DNA from: a virus
Lineage: Duplodnaviria; Caudoviricetes
Virus record (IMG/VR): IMGVR_UViG_3300032253_000018
Location: 1 to 36,528 of that record
Direction: 5' to 3' (one strand)
Length of the DNA: 36,528 nt
The first letter of the stretch is position 1. Every line of letters starts with the position of its first letter. The notes beneath the pieces were generated by a model, which worked only from the letters and a program-made list of their open reading frames with translations, searched no databases and had not been told where the DNA came from. The translations under genes were made by a program, and so were the position numbers. Positions 1 to 6,427 of this stretch are shown here, in pieces.

Positions 1-127
1 GAGATGTTCCAGAGCTATATTTGAATCTGAATTTAAACGTGTGTACCTGCCCATAGACAAATGCAAAGTTTGAGCCAAAGTAATTAAAAATACCATTAGG
101 CGTATTTTGTGTTAGCGGGTAATTATT
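1..127. repeat. 127-bp direct terminal repeat (copy 1), probably assembly circularisation overlap
   Basis: 1-127 is identical to 36402-36528; an ORF reads in frame across the joined ends. Confidence 0.95.
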
Positions 128-1027
128 TATACCTAAAAATTCAGGATTAGTGCCATTAAACCTAGCTACCGCATTAGAGTCATTTTCATAGTCTGGCAAG
201 CCTGTGGTATAGTTTACACCAGTACCGAAGCCACACTCTGTTAAATTATCAGGAATTGTACCAGCAAGCACATCCCAAGTGGGTTGCACAGTAAAGTCCG
301 CATAATCTTGTTGCCCATCTCCGTTTTCATTATTAATACCCTTTATCTTCATGAATTTTACAGAACCTTTTGAAGATTTTTTAGCTTCAAACTGTATGTA
401 AACATCATCTAAGTTTATATTTGAGACATCAAATTCAAGAGCGGAATAAACGCCACCAGCAGGTTCGGGAGTCGCCTGTATAATACTTTCAATGCATCTC
501 CCAGATGTAAAATCAACATCATTCTCAACTGTTAATGTAGTAGTACCTGCATTATAAGTTGCCCAAGATGTGTTTGCATAAGTAGAGGCAGGCGTTCTTT
601 CAGAAAGTACTTCCGAACCAACAACAAACTCCGCTTCCGTAAAGTCTACATCTGCAAGAGTAACTACGCCTGCCGATGTGATCGCACTTGTTGTCGCAGA
701 TTGAGAAGACCAAGCATTGCCCATCGAGTCCGTACCGCTATGGACAGAATAAAGGCCATAACCAACATCAGTAACCTGACTCGTATATGTTAAGCTGGTT
801 GCGCCTGCTATCAACGTAGCGTCATCCCAATACCAAGCAACTGTTACAGTGCCGAGTGTCGCAGGGCTTCTCGAAAGAGTGTTTGATGAGGTTAAAACTT
901 GACCTTGCGTTACTGAGCCAGAAATAGAGATAGAGCCTGTGAGTGTAACAATGCCGGACGTGATTGAGGAATGGAAAAGGCCATTACCATCGGCAGTCCA
1001 ATTATATACAGGGAAAGAATATGGCAT
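1..1027 (-). CDS. Junction-spanning 408-aa virion accessory protein, 5' part (Ig-like domain followed by a ConA/polysaccharide-lyase-like beta-sandwich)
   Basis: Hand translation from ATG at 1027: MPYSFPVYNW...ISGSVTQGQVLTSSNTL...WYWDDATLIAGATSLTYT...; open to base 1, continuing at 36401; absent from the ORF track. Confidence 0.85.
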   Translation of the reverse strand, partial: MPYSFPVYNWTADGNGLFHSSITSGIVTLTGSISISGSVTQGQVLTSSNTLSRSPATLGTVTVAWYWDDATLIAGATSLTYTSQVTDVGYGLYSVHSGTDSMGNAWSSQSATTSAITSAGVVTLADVDFTEAEFVVGSEVLSERTPASTYANTSWATYNAGTTTLTVENDVDFTSGRCIESIIQATPEPAGGVYSALEFDVSNINLDDVYIQFEAKKSSKGSVKFMKIKGINNENGDGQQDYADFTVQPTWDVLAGTIPDNLTECGFGTGVNYTTGLPDYENDSNAVARFNGTNPEFLGINNYPLTQNTPNGIFNYFGSNFAFVYGQVHTFKFRFKYSSGTS

Positions 1028-1054
1028 GTAATATCTCTATTAAAATATAAAGAG

Positions 1055-1082
1055 ATTATAACGTATTCCTTATGTTAAGCAA
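1055..1082 (-). promoter_or_regulatory. sigma70-like promoter for accessory/structural genes
   Basis: TTGCTT-N16-TATAAT upstream of ATG 1027. Confidence 0.55.
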
Positions 1083-1293
1083 TGCTTAGCCATTGTTTGT
1101 ACTTTTTCATTAATTCTTTGAATATTGGGTTATTTTCTATGGTATCGAGTTCAGAGCGTGATAAAATCTTACATGACCGATAGATAAAGTTTTTAGCTAA
1201 GGCTTCTGAGGGGGAGTAATGCAGGCTCTTAGGATATTTTTCATTAAACCTTTCTGCTGCGTACTCTTGAAAGTTATTGTCCGTCCAAATCAT
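1075..1293 (-). CDS. Hypothetical phage protein
   Basis: 72 aa, start overlaps the stop of the upstream gene; C.I.SR.ELD motif seen in small phage proteins. Confidence 0.7.
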   Translation of the reverse strand: MIWTDNNFQEYAAERFNEKYPKSLHYSPSEALAKNFIYRSCKILSRSELDTIENNPIFKELMKKYKQWLSIA

Positions 1294-1622
1294 ATATTGC
1301 CGCGTCTTTTTGAGGCTTCCTGAGTCCTAAATACCTCGACTTTTAATTCAGCTACGTTTCTATACGCATCAATTAGAGTAAAAGCAGCTACTGAGTCCTT
1401 GTATCGACTTAAAATTTCTTTGTAAGCTTCTGAGGCTTCACCTCTCGTATTATTCTCAGTCATTGTTTTGCCAGTGGCTTTTAGTACCTCACTCGCCCTT
1501 ATCGACTTTCTGTAGACCTCTAAATGCTTCATTAGAGCCTTAGTTTCTGCATAGTCTTTTGCTGAGTTAGCCAAGTAAAGAATGGCTTTTTCTACATCAT
1601 CATCTGTTATTATTTCTCTCAT
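1290..1622 (-). CDS. Conserved helical phage protein (possibly UvsY-like coiled coil)
   Basis: Start re-assigned to ATG 1622 (AAGGGG RBS); A.AS.AY and FRT.EAS.R pattern. Confidence 0.6.
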   Translation of the reverse strand: MREIITDDDVEKAILYLANSAKDYAETKALMKHLEVYRKSIRASEVLKATGKTMTENNTRGEASEAYKEILSRYKDSVAAFTLIDAYRNVAELKVEVFRTQEASKRRGNI

Positions 1623-1668
1623 TTCATGCCCCTTAATAGTTTTAACTGCTCTTTGTAATGCGCCTTGA

Positions 1669-2289
1669 CTAATCTGGCATCCATGACCACGAAACACCCC
1701 TCGCGACATCGCTTGCATGTGATGGTGAAATACCGAATTTTTTGGCTATATGGATATTCTTTACCCCGTCCTCTCTCATCTTTCTTATGCTAATAACGTT
1801 ATTGCTAGTGAGCTTTGAGCTTCTTTTATTTCTGGCTTGCTCATAATCATTAGACCATTTACAGTTATCAGGAGTGTAATCACCGTTATTATTGATTCTG
1901 TCTATTGATAAATTATCTTTATACCCATTATTTAACGCCCATTCCTTAAAAGGTTCAAATTTACCCCATGCCTGACACACTTTTATGCCTCTCCCTCCAT
2001 ATAAATGATAGTTTTCCATATTAGGAAGGCTGCATCTATTAATCATGTGCCTATATATCCTATATAGACGTGACTTAGACATGCCATGTGTTTTATTTTT
2101 AGGCTCTGTCCGTAAGCAACCGCAAGATTTACTTGCCCCCGATCTTAGTGAGTCAGCCGTCACCGTGTGCGTTACCCCGCAATCACAATTACAAATCCAC
2201 TTCACTTGACCTCTATTGCCTCTTTCACTTGAAAGCCCAACAACAGATAATCTACCAAATACCTTGCCAGTTAAATCTAGTCTTTTCAT
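1669..2289 (-). CDS. HNH homing-type endonuclease
   Basis: [44 protein letters not shown] motifs; C-terminal HTH-like segment. Confidence 0.9.
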   Translation of the reverse strand: MKRLDLTGKVFGRLSVVGLSSERGNRGQVKWICNCDCGVTHTVTADSLRSGASKSCGCLRTEPKNKTHGMSKSRLYRIYRHMINRCSLPNMENYHLYGGRGIKVCQAWGKFEPFKEWALNNGYKDNLSIDRINNNGDYTPDNCKWSNDYEQARNKRSSKLTSNNVISIRKMREDGVKNIHIAKKFGISPSHASDVARGVSWSWMPD

Positions 2290-2305
2290 ACATAAGCCCT
2301 CATGG

Positions 2306-2866
2306 TTACTTATTACAGTGTAACATCTTTCGCTTCTTTTTGAAAATTTTAGTAAGTCTTTTTAAGTCGTCAGCAGTATATTTTCTTGGTCGTTGGTCAG
2401 CTTCTATTTTATCAACAAGAGCGACACCATACCTAAGCACCATGCCCTTCCTCATTTCTACTGAGTTGCCGCTTAGGTAGCGGTTACATTTAACGCACTG
2501 GCTCGACATGTTTAGAGTGTAAAACCTTAGATGAGGGGCGCTTCCAACTGACCGATAGTGCCCGCAGTCAATTTTCCCGCCATATTCCGTAGAATTATAG
2601 CGAACCCCGCACGAAATACAGTTATTGCCATCACGTTCTCTAATATACGCATTACATGCTGTCTGAGCCTCGTTTAGATGGTCGCTAAGGGTTTTTAATC
2701 TCTCCCTACCCTCTTTTAGCCTTTTACGTGCTTTCTTCTTCTTAGCCTCTTTAGCTACCTCTATTGCACACATTGGGGAGCAAGCAACGGCTAATGAACT
2801 GAAAGGGGTGAATAATTCTTTACAAGTCCGGCATTTCTTCTTTTTTAACGGACTAACCTTCACCAT
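2306..2866 (-). CDS. ninG: NinG/Rap recombination endonuclease
   Basis: KKCRTC..F.P...[45 protein letters not shown]. Confidence 0.92.
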   Translation of the reverse strand: MVKVSPLKKKKCRTCKELFTPFSSLAVACSPMCAIEVAKEAKKKKARKRLKEGRERLKTLSDHLNEAQTACNAYIRERDGNNCISCGVRYNSTEYGGKIDCGHYRSVGSAPHLRFYTLNMSSQCVKCNRYLSGNSVEMRKGMVLRYGVALVDKIEADQRPRKYTADDLKRLTKIFKKKRKMLHCNK

Positions 2867-2949
2867 TACTTAACCAACCTTACAACATTAGTCTTTTCTA
2901 ATTTAGGGTTACACAACACATCAATTTTCTGCATAGTTTGTTTATCCAT
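2866..2949 (-). CDS. Small hypothetical peptide (27 aa)
   Basis: MDKQTMQKIDVLCNPKLEKTNVVRLVK; fills the gap, TAATG overlap with ninG. Confidence 0.45.
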   Translation of the reverse strand: MDKQTMQKIDVLCNPKLEKTNVVRLVK

Positions 2950-2951
2950 AA

Positions 2952-3170
2952 TCATTTCTTTTGCAGCTTTTTAATTAATTCATGCTGTGTGTTAAATAAA
3001 TCTCGATATTGAATTAATAGTTTATTGCTTAAGTACTCTGATGCTCCAGATATGAGTGCGTACACACCCATTACAAGGAAAGCGAAATTCTCGTGACCAC
3101 TCGTATAAATCCACCATAAGATGGCTAGCATAAGAATATAAATTAAAAAGTCGACTCTTGTTTCCATCAT
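2952..3170 (-). CDS. Small two-TM membrane protein
   Basis: Two hydrophobic segments; coupled to neighbours. Confidence 0.65.
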   Translation of the reverse strand: MMETRVDFLIYILMLAILWWIYTSGHENFAFLVMGVYALISGASEYLSNKLLIQYRDLFNTQHELIKKLQKK

Positions 3171-3523
3171 TAAAACTTTTCTATTAATTGTAAGGCTTGC
3201 TCGGTATCACCTAAAATAAGCTCATCAATTAAATTTCTAACGTCCGTACTTATAGCCATTGATTGTTTGTCGTATTCTTTCCTGTCGAAAGTAGGCTCAA
3301 AAGGTGAGAAATCAAATACATCTATGACATTAGAATAAGAGTATATTTTAGTTACGCCTTTTTTAATTTTAACCTTCCCCTGTCTTAATAGCGTTAGTCT
3401 GCGTTCTCCAGTTAAAGGTTTGCCTTTCGTTAACTTATCTCTTAAAGAGTTTCTTTTGTTGTTCGCCTTGGCGTTAATTCTGGCTTTAGCGTGGTCTATC
3501 TGTATTTTGCTTAGTCTTTTCAT
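3170..3523 (-). CDS. Hypothetical basic protein
   Basis: 117 aa, AAGGGG RBS. Confidence 0.75.
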   Translation of the reverse strand: MKRLSKIQIDHAKARINAKANNKRNSLRDKLTKGKPLTGERRLTLLRQGKVKIKKGVTKIYSYSNVIDVFDFSPFEPTFDRKEYDKQSMAISTDVRNLIDELILGDTEQALQLIEKF

Positions 3524-3549
3524 TTTATTCCCCTTGTTTTAAATTAGTC

Positions 3550-3630
3550 CAGAATATCAGGAATTAATCCCGCCAAGACAGAACTTCTGTCTCGGTCGGC
3601 ATCGCCACTCTGGCATGGCTCCGTATTATA
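3550..3630 (-). promoter_or_regulatory. TATAAT -10 followed by a two-stem-loop leader
   Basis: TATAAT 3630-3625; bulged stem CATGCCA/TGGCGATG; 10-bp stem CCGAGACAGA-AGT-TCTGTCTTGG (3595-3573). Confidence 0.45.
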
Positions 3631-3663
3631 GCGTCAAATCAGTGTAGTGGCGCTATTTATGCC

Positions 3664-3957
3664 TTATTTCATTTCACCTAGTTTCTTGTACGTTCTCTTA
3701 ATTGAATTATTGTGAACAGGATTGAAGACTTTGACATGAATTCCTGTCGCCTCACTTAAGCTTAAAGCATGATCAGGTATCACAGGAAATATCTGGCCGT
3801 ATAAATAGTTTTCAATAGTTTTAATTGACTTACAGCCTAAAACATCCATAGATAGATATTCCCGAACTTTTTTTTCACTACACTTAAGTTTCTTGGCTCT
3901 TTTCTTAACCCAGATACCTAATTCTAGTTTTAGTAAGGCTTTTCTTGATTCACTCAT
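3664..3957 (-). CDS. Cro-like HTH transcriptional regulator
   Basis: VLGCKSIKTIENYLYGQIFP..DHALSLSEATGI resembles XRE/Cro HTH; no S24 peptidase domain. Confidence 0.65.
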   Translation of the reverse strand: MSESRKALLKLELGIWVKKRAKKLKCSEKKVREYLSMDVLGCKSIKTIENYLYGQIFPVIPDHALSLSEATGIHVKVFNPVHNNSIKRTYKKLGEMK

Positions 3958-3970
3958 AGTTTTCTCTTTT

Positions 3971-4150
3971 TTAAAATTTAACAGATTCGCGTTTAGTTGA
4001 CCAACTTACTTGGTCGCCATCACTCATCGCTAATAATCCAGTTTCACTCTCACGATTAACTTGCTCAATAACATTGCCGAGTAATCCATCAAGAGCATCT
4101 ATACTTAGAGCCTCTACTTTAATTGTTACCGTTACTTTTTCTGCTTTCAT
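3971..4150 (-). CDS. Hypothetical protein (59 aa)
   Basis: Start re-assigned to ATG 4150 with AAGGAG RBS; the track extension runs through structured RNA. Confidence 0.65.
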   Translation of the reverse strand: MKAEKVTVTIKVEALSIDALDGLLGNVIEQVNRESETGLLAMSDGDQVSWSTKRESVKF

Positions 4151-4165
4151 TACCTTTCTCCTTAA

Positions 4166-4238
4166 TGGGTGGGGTAGTGCTGAGGCGGGACTCAGCTTGT
4201 AACCCTGCACTCGGTGATCAACCTAAGTGGACTACCCC
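4166..4238 (-). ncRNA. Putative small structured RNA (module 3): closed three-way junction with ACCCA tail
   Basis: GGGGTAGT/ACTACCCC closing stem; inner hairpins CACTTAGGT-TGATC-ACCGAGTG and GCTGAG-TCCCGC-CTCAGC. Confidence 0.55.
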
Positions 4239-4258
4239 ATAACTCTTTAAATTCAACG

Positions 4259-4414
4259 CAGGAGTGGTTTTCGACACCACTCCCTATCTACTTTTATATA
4301 ACCGCAACCCTGTCAGCCTTAGGGGTGTAGAATATTGCGATCCCATTCTCATAACCTTTTCTCTAGCCGCGTTACTAGAGATAGCTGACCGAGAATTCTT
4401 TGTGGCTTTCACCA
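4259..4414 (-). ncRNA. Putative multi-hairpin/pseudoknot RNA (module 2)
   Basis: TGGT-GAAA-GCCA GNRA hairpin; GTCAGCT/GGCTGAC long-range stem; TCTCTAGT/GCTAGAGA hairpin; 8-bp GGAGTGGT/ACCACTCC hairpin. Confidence 0.5.
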
Positions 4415-4432
4415 TAACTCTTTACTTCTTAA

Positions 4433-4572
4433 TGGTAGGAGAGAGAGGATTTGAACCTCTGTTGCCCTAAGATACCAGCCAGCCTTTGTATACAAAGCTC
4501 TCGGTTGAGTAGGTCAAGTGTCATTAGGGCTTTAACTCCCATCACCGCATTGAGCCGCTCTGCCACTCTCCT
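4433..4572 (-). ncRNA. 140-nt tRNA-like RNA (module 1): acceptor, D and T arms plus encoded CCA, no canonical anticodon arm
   Basis: AGGAGAG/CTCTCCT-A-CCA acceptor; TGGCAGAGCGGCTCAATGC D arm; AGAGG-TTCAAAT-CCTCT T arm; insert closed by GCCCTAA/TTAGGGC. Confidence 0.8.
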
Positions 4573-4594
4573 GTATAACTCTTTAATCACTTAA

Positions 4595-4753
4595 CTATTC
4601 GAGCATCAAGGCTCCGCGACCCAAACCACCATCTTCATTCATCTGTAATTTGCGACTTTCTTTCTTGGCCAAGTTGATTGTCTTAAAACCCTGAACTTCA
4701 CCAGTAGCAATCGTTTTAATATTTTTACCTTTACGAATGTATTTTGTTTTCAT
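4595..4753 (-). CDS. Small basic hypothetical protein (52 aa)
   Basis: MKTKYIRKGKNIKTIATGEVQGFKTINLAKKESRKLQMNEDGGLGRGALMLE; AAGGGG RBS; below the track cutoff. Confidence 0.7.
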   Translation of the reverse strand: MKTKYIRKGKNIKTIATGEVQGFKTINLAKKESRKLQMNEDGGLGRGALMLE

Positions 4754-4776
4754 TTCTTATCCCCTTATATCTAAAA

Positions 4777-5003
4777 TTACTTAATGCCGTTTACTGCTTT
4801 AATTACGTCAGTTAAATCAAGCTCACTCATATATTGAGCAAACACTGTCTGAGTAACCTCTTCGTCTTCTTCCTGAGAATCTGCATAACCGTAAGCATGT
4901 TCATTATCGCTAGTTTTCTTGCCTGCGCCCTCTACCCACTCACGACGCCGTAATTTTTTTCTATACTAGTCTCTTCAATTGTTATTTTGTATCGTTTCAT
5001 CAT
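4777..5003 (-). pseudogene. 75-aa phage protein interrupted by a single-base frameshift in an A7 run
   Basis: Strong AAAGGGG RBS; frame 0 stops early; one extra A at 4954-4960 gives MMKRYKITIEE...YGY...ELDLTDVIKAVNGIK. Confidence 0.65.
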
Positions 5004-5029
5004 CTTCCCCTTTAGTTATTGATATACAC

Positions 5030-5057
5030 ATACTATACGATATAGCAGAGAATGCAA
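5030..5057 (-). promoter_or_regulatory. Leftward early promoter with operator
   Basis: TTGCAT-N16-TAGTAT; operator TACTATA-CGA-TATAGCA at 5031-5047. Confidence 0.65.
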
Positions 5058-5085
5058 GGTTTATTTAGAATAAAGTTTTGGGAAT

Positions 5086-5114
5086 AAAAAAACCCTAAGT
5101 TTTTAGGCTTAGGG
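5086..5114 (-). terminator. Rho-independent terminator
   Basis: CCCTAAG/CTTAGGG stem followed by a T7 run on the minus strand. Confidence 0.7.
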
Positions 5115-5201
5115 CAAAGCATATATTTCTATATGCACCCTTTCGGCTTGAAGCCACAGCGGGGGATCTGCATTCAGGGGTGATGAATGTTAATAAGTAT
5201 A

Positions 5202-5456
5202 CTACATGTCGTCAGGAACTTCTAGCAGGGCTTTCTCGCAGCGTCTTAAAAGCCAAAGAGCCTCGCCACCATCAGCCATTGTTGAAGCGAAATATTCTTC
5301 ACCGTCTTTCGTGTATCCAAGAATAACAACGCTTTCTAGTTTTTCTTTAGCGCCTTCAAGAACACGGGCAACAGGTAAATCTAGTTTTGTTATATTTCCA
5401 AGTGGGGCCACATTACTCATATTTTGTTTTGCCTTTGCCGAGGCTTGATAAACCAT
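5202..5456 (-). CDS. Conserved small phage hypothetical protein
   Basis: T.LDLP..RVLEGA...L..VVILGY..DGEEYFAS..ADGG..LWLL pattern; alternative start at 5420. Confidence 0.75.
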   Translation of the reverse strand: MVYQASAKAKQNMSNVAPLGNITKLDLPVARVLEGAKEKLESVVILGYTKDGEEYFASTMADGGEALWLLRRCEKALLEVPDDM

Positions 5457-5491
5457 CCACCTTTTAGATAAGTATACATGAATTAGAGAAT

Positions 5492-5526
5492 AAAAAAAGC
5501 CTCAAGGGTTTAATCAAGAGGCTTTT
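5492..5526. terminator. Possibly bidirectional intrinsic terminator
   Basis: AAAAAAAGCCTC...GAGGCTTTT inverted repeat with A/T tails. Confidence 0.65.
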
Positions 5527-5534
5527 CATACTAG

Positions 5535-5562
5535 TTGCAATGAATTGCGCTTGTGCTAGTAT
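5535..5562 (+). promoter_or_regulatory. Rightward promoter with extended -10
   Basis: TTGCAA-N16-TAGTAT with TGn extension. Confidence 0.55.
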
Positions 5563-5564
5563 GG

Positions 5565-5950
5565 GTTTACTGGTTCAACAAAGAGCCAGTAGATTGTCTA
5601 ATAAAGGTTTAGCGGCCTTAGACAGTGAGTAAAGTATACATTATCTAAATACTTTTTCCACCTCTAAAACCCTAAATCCAAATTAGACCGCTACGAATAG
5701 CTGACGGTTGCGATAATACGTGTGTGAAATAGAATAAAATACATAACGCGCCTTAAGACCAGCGCGACCAAATAGTTAAAACACTCGTTAAAAGTGAGAT
5801 AACCCCAACGGATGGGCAAAGAGGATGGGCATATCCTTGAGACCTTAGAACAGTCAAAGAATGTTGAGTGACAATGAGTTATGTATTTATTGGGCAGTAA
5901 AGGATTGTAGATAGTGAGTATATATAATATCCCTCACAGAACGGTCTTAT
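5565..5950 (+). ncRNA. Putative long structured non-coding RNA or origin region
   Basis: No ORF in the track; nested inverted repeats AGACCG/CGGTCT (5685/5942), AAATACATAAC/GTTATGTATTT (5737/5878), CACTC/GAGTG and several local hairpins. Confidence 0.45.
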
Positions 5951-6005
5951 TGACTACTATTGTTTAAAATAAAGTAATATGGACTTATTAAATGGGAGAA
6001 AGATA

Positions 6006-6137
6006 ATGAAAAACAGTCAATCAGGTAAGCGTCGAAATGCTCGTCACATAGCCAACTCTAGAAGTCGGTTTCGTAACGGTAAAGGCAAGACACATCGTTC
6101 TCTGAAGTTCGAGTTTCAAAAGCCGCCTAAAAATTAA
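6006..6137 (+). CDS. Arg/Lys-rich 43-aa peptide
   Basis: MKNSQSGKRRNARHIANSRSRFRNGKGKTHRSLKFEFQKPPKN; GGGAG RBS. Confidence 0.6.
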   Translation: MKNSQSGKRRNARHIANSRSRFRNGKGKTHRSLKFEFQKPPKN

Positions 6138-6149
6138 TTAATAATTAAC

Positions 6150-6177
6150 TTGTATTATCTACTATATTGTGTAGTAT
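6150..6177 (+). promoter_or_regulatory. Rightward promoter with operator
   Basis: TTGTAT-N16-TAGTAT; operator TACTATA-TTG-TGTAGTA at 6160-6176. Confidence 0.6.
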
Positions 6178-6196
6178 GTAATAAACGATAAAGGGA

Positions 6197-6427
6197 ATGA
6201 AGATGGCAAAGAAATATCCAGTAATCAATGGCGCAAGGAAAAAACCTAATAAAAATAAGGATGGTAAAAGCAATTATGGTGCGCCCTGCGTTATTTGTGG
6301 GAAAGGCACTATAGGCGAGAAATGGATTCAAGTTAATTGGTTTAGGGGTGACGATGAATCGGCGAGAGTATGCCACGAACATTGGAAAACGCCCGAATCA
6401 GAAATAATTGAGGCGGCGTTTAAATGA
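6197..6427 (+). CDS. Small Zn-finger-like hypothetical protein
   Basis: CVIC...C.EH; AAAGGG RBS. Confidence 0.7.
   Translation: MKMAKKYPVINGARKKPNKNKDGKSNYGAPCVICGKGTIGEKWIQVNWFRGDDESARVCHEHWKTPESEIIEAAFK

Larger units (their letters stand above)
4239..4586 (-). repeat. Repeated motif TAAAGAGTTAT (3 exact copies, 1 degenerate) preceding RNA modules
   Basis: Plus-strand ATAACTCTTTA at 4239, 4414, 4575; ATAACCTTTT at 4351. Confidence 0.85.

Noticed and set aside
1-127. Biological direct terminal repeat
   Set aside because: 127 bp matches a common assembler k-mer overlap and falls mid-gene; the terminase/portal type suggests headful packaging
4171-4238. Twister (GGTTACAAGC) or HDV-like (TCCCGC loop) ribozyme
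   Set aside because: Required partner strands are not found: no twister P2/T2 partners and no GG after P1 for HDV
4264-4470. 68-aa plus-strand ORF
   Set aside because: Antisense shadow of the RNA cassette; the MVGERGFEP ending is the typical reverse translation of a tRNA 3' end
4433-4572. Canonical tRNA-Leu(TAA) or ochre suppressor from GTTAAA, implying recoding
   Set aside because: No proper anticodon stem at the right distance from the D arm; genes terminate normally at TAA/TAG/TGA
4239-4586. CRISPR array from the repeated ATAACTCTTTA
   Set aside because: Repeat only 11-12 bp, intervening segments about 150-165 nt and structured, no cas genes
4239-4586. boxA (nut) sites, since ACTCTTTAA resembles GCTCTTTAA
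   Set aside because: The resemblance is on the plus strand, but the flanking genes and tRNA-like RNA are minus-strand; the conserved GC start is missing
5119-5190. Hammerhead ribozyme (CTGA...GAAA)
   Set aside because: Core reads CTGAATG, not CTGANGA, and the stem order does not fit
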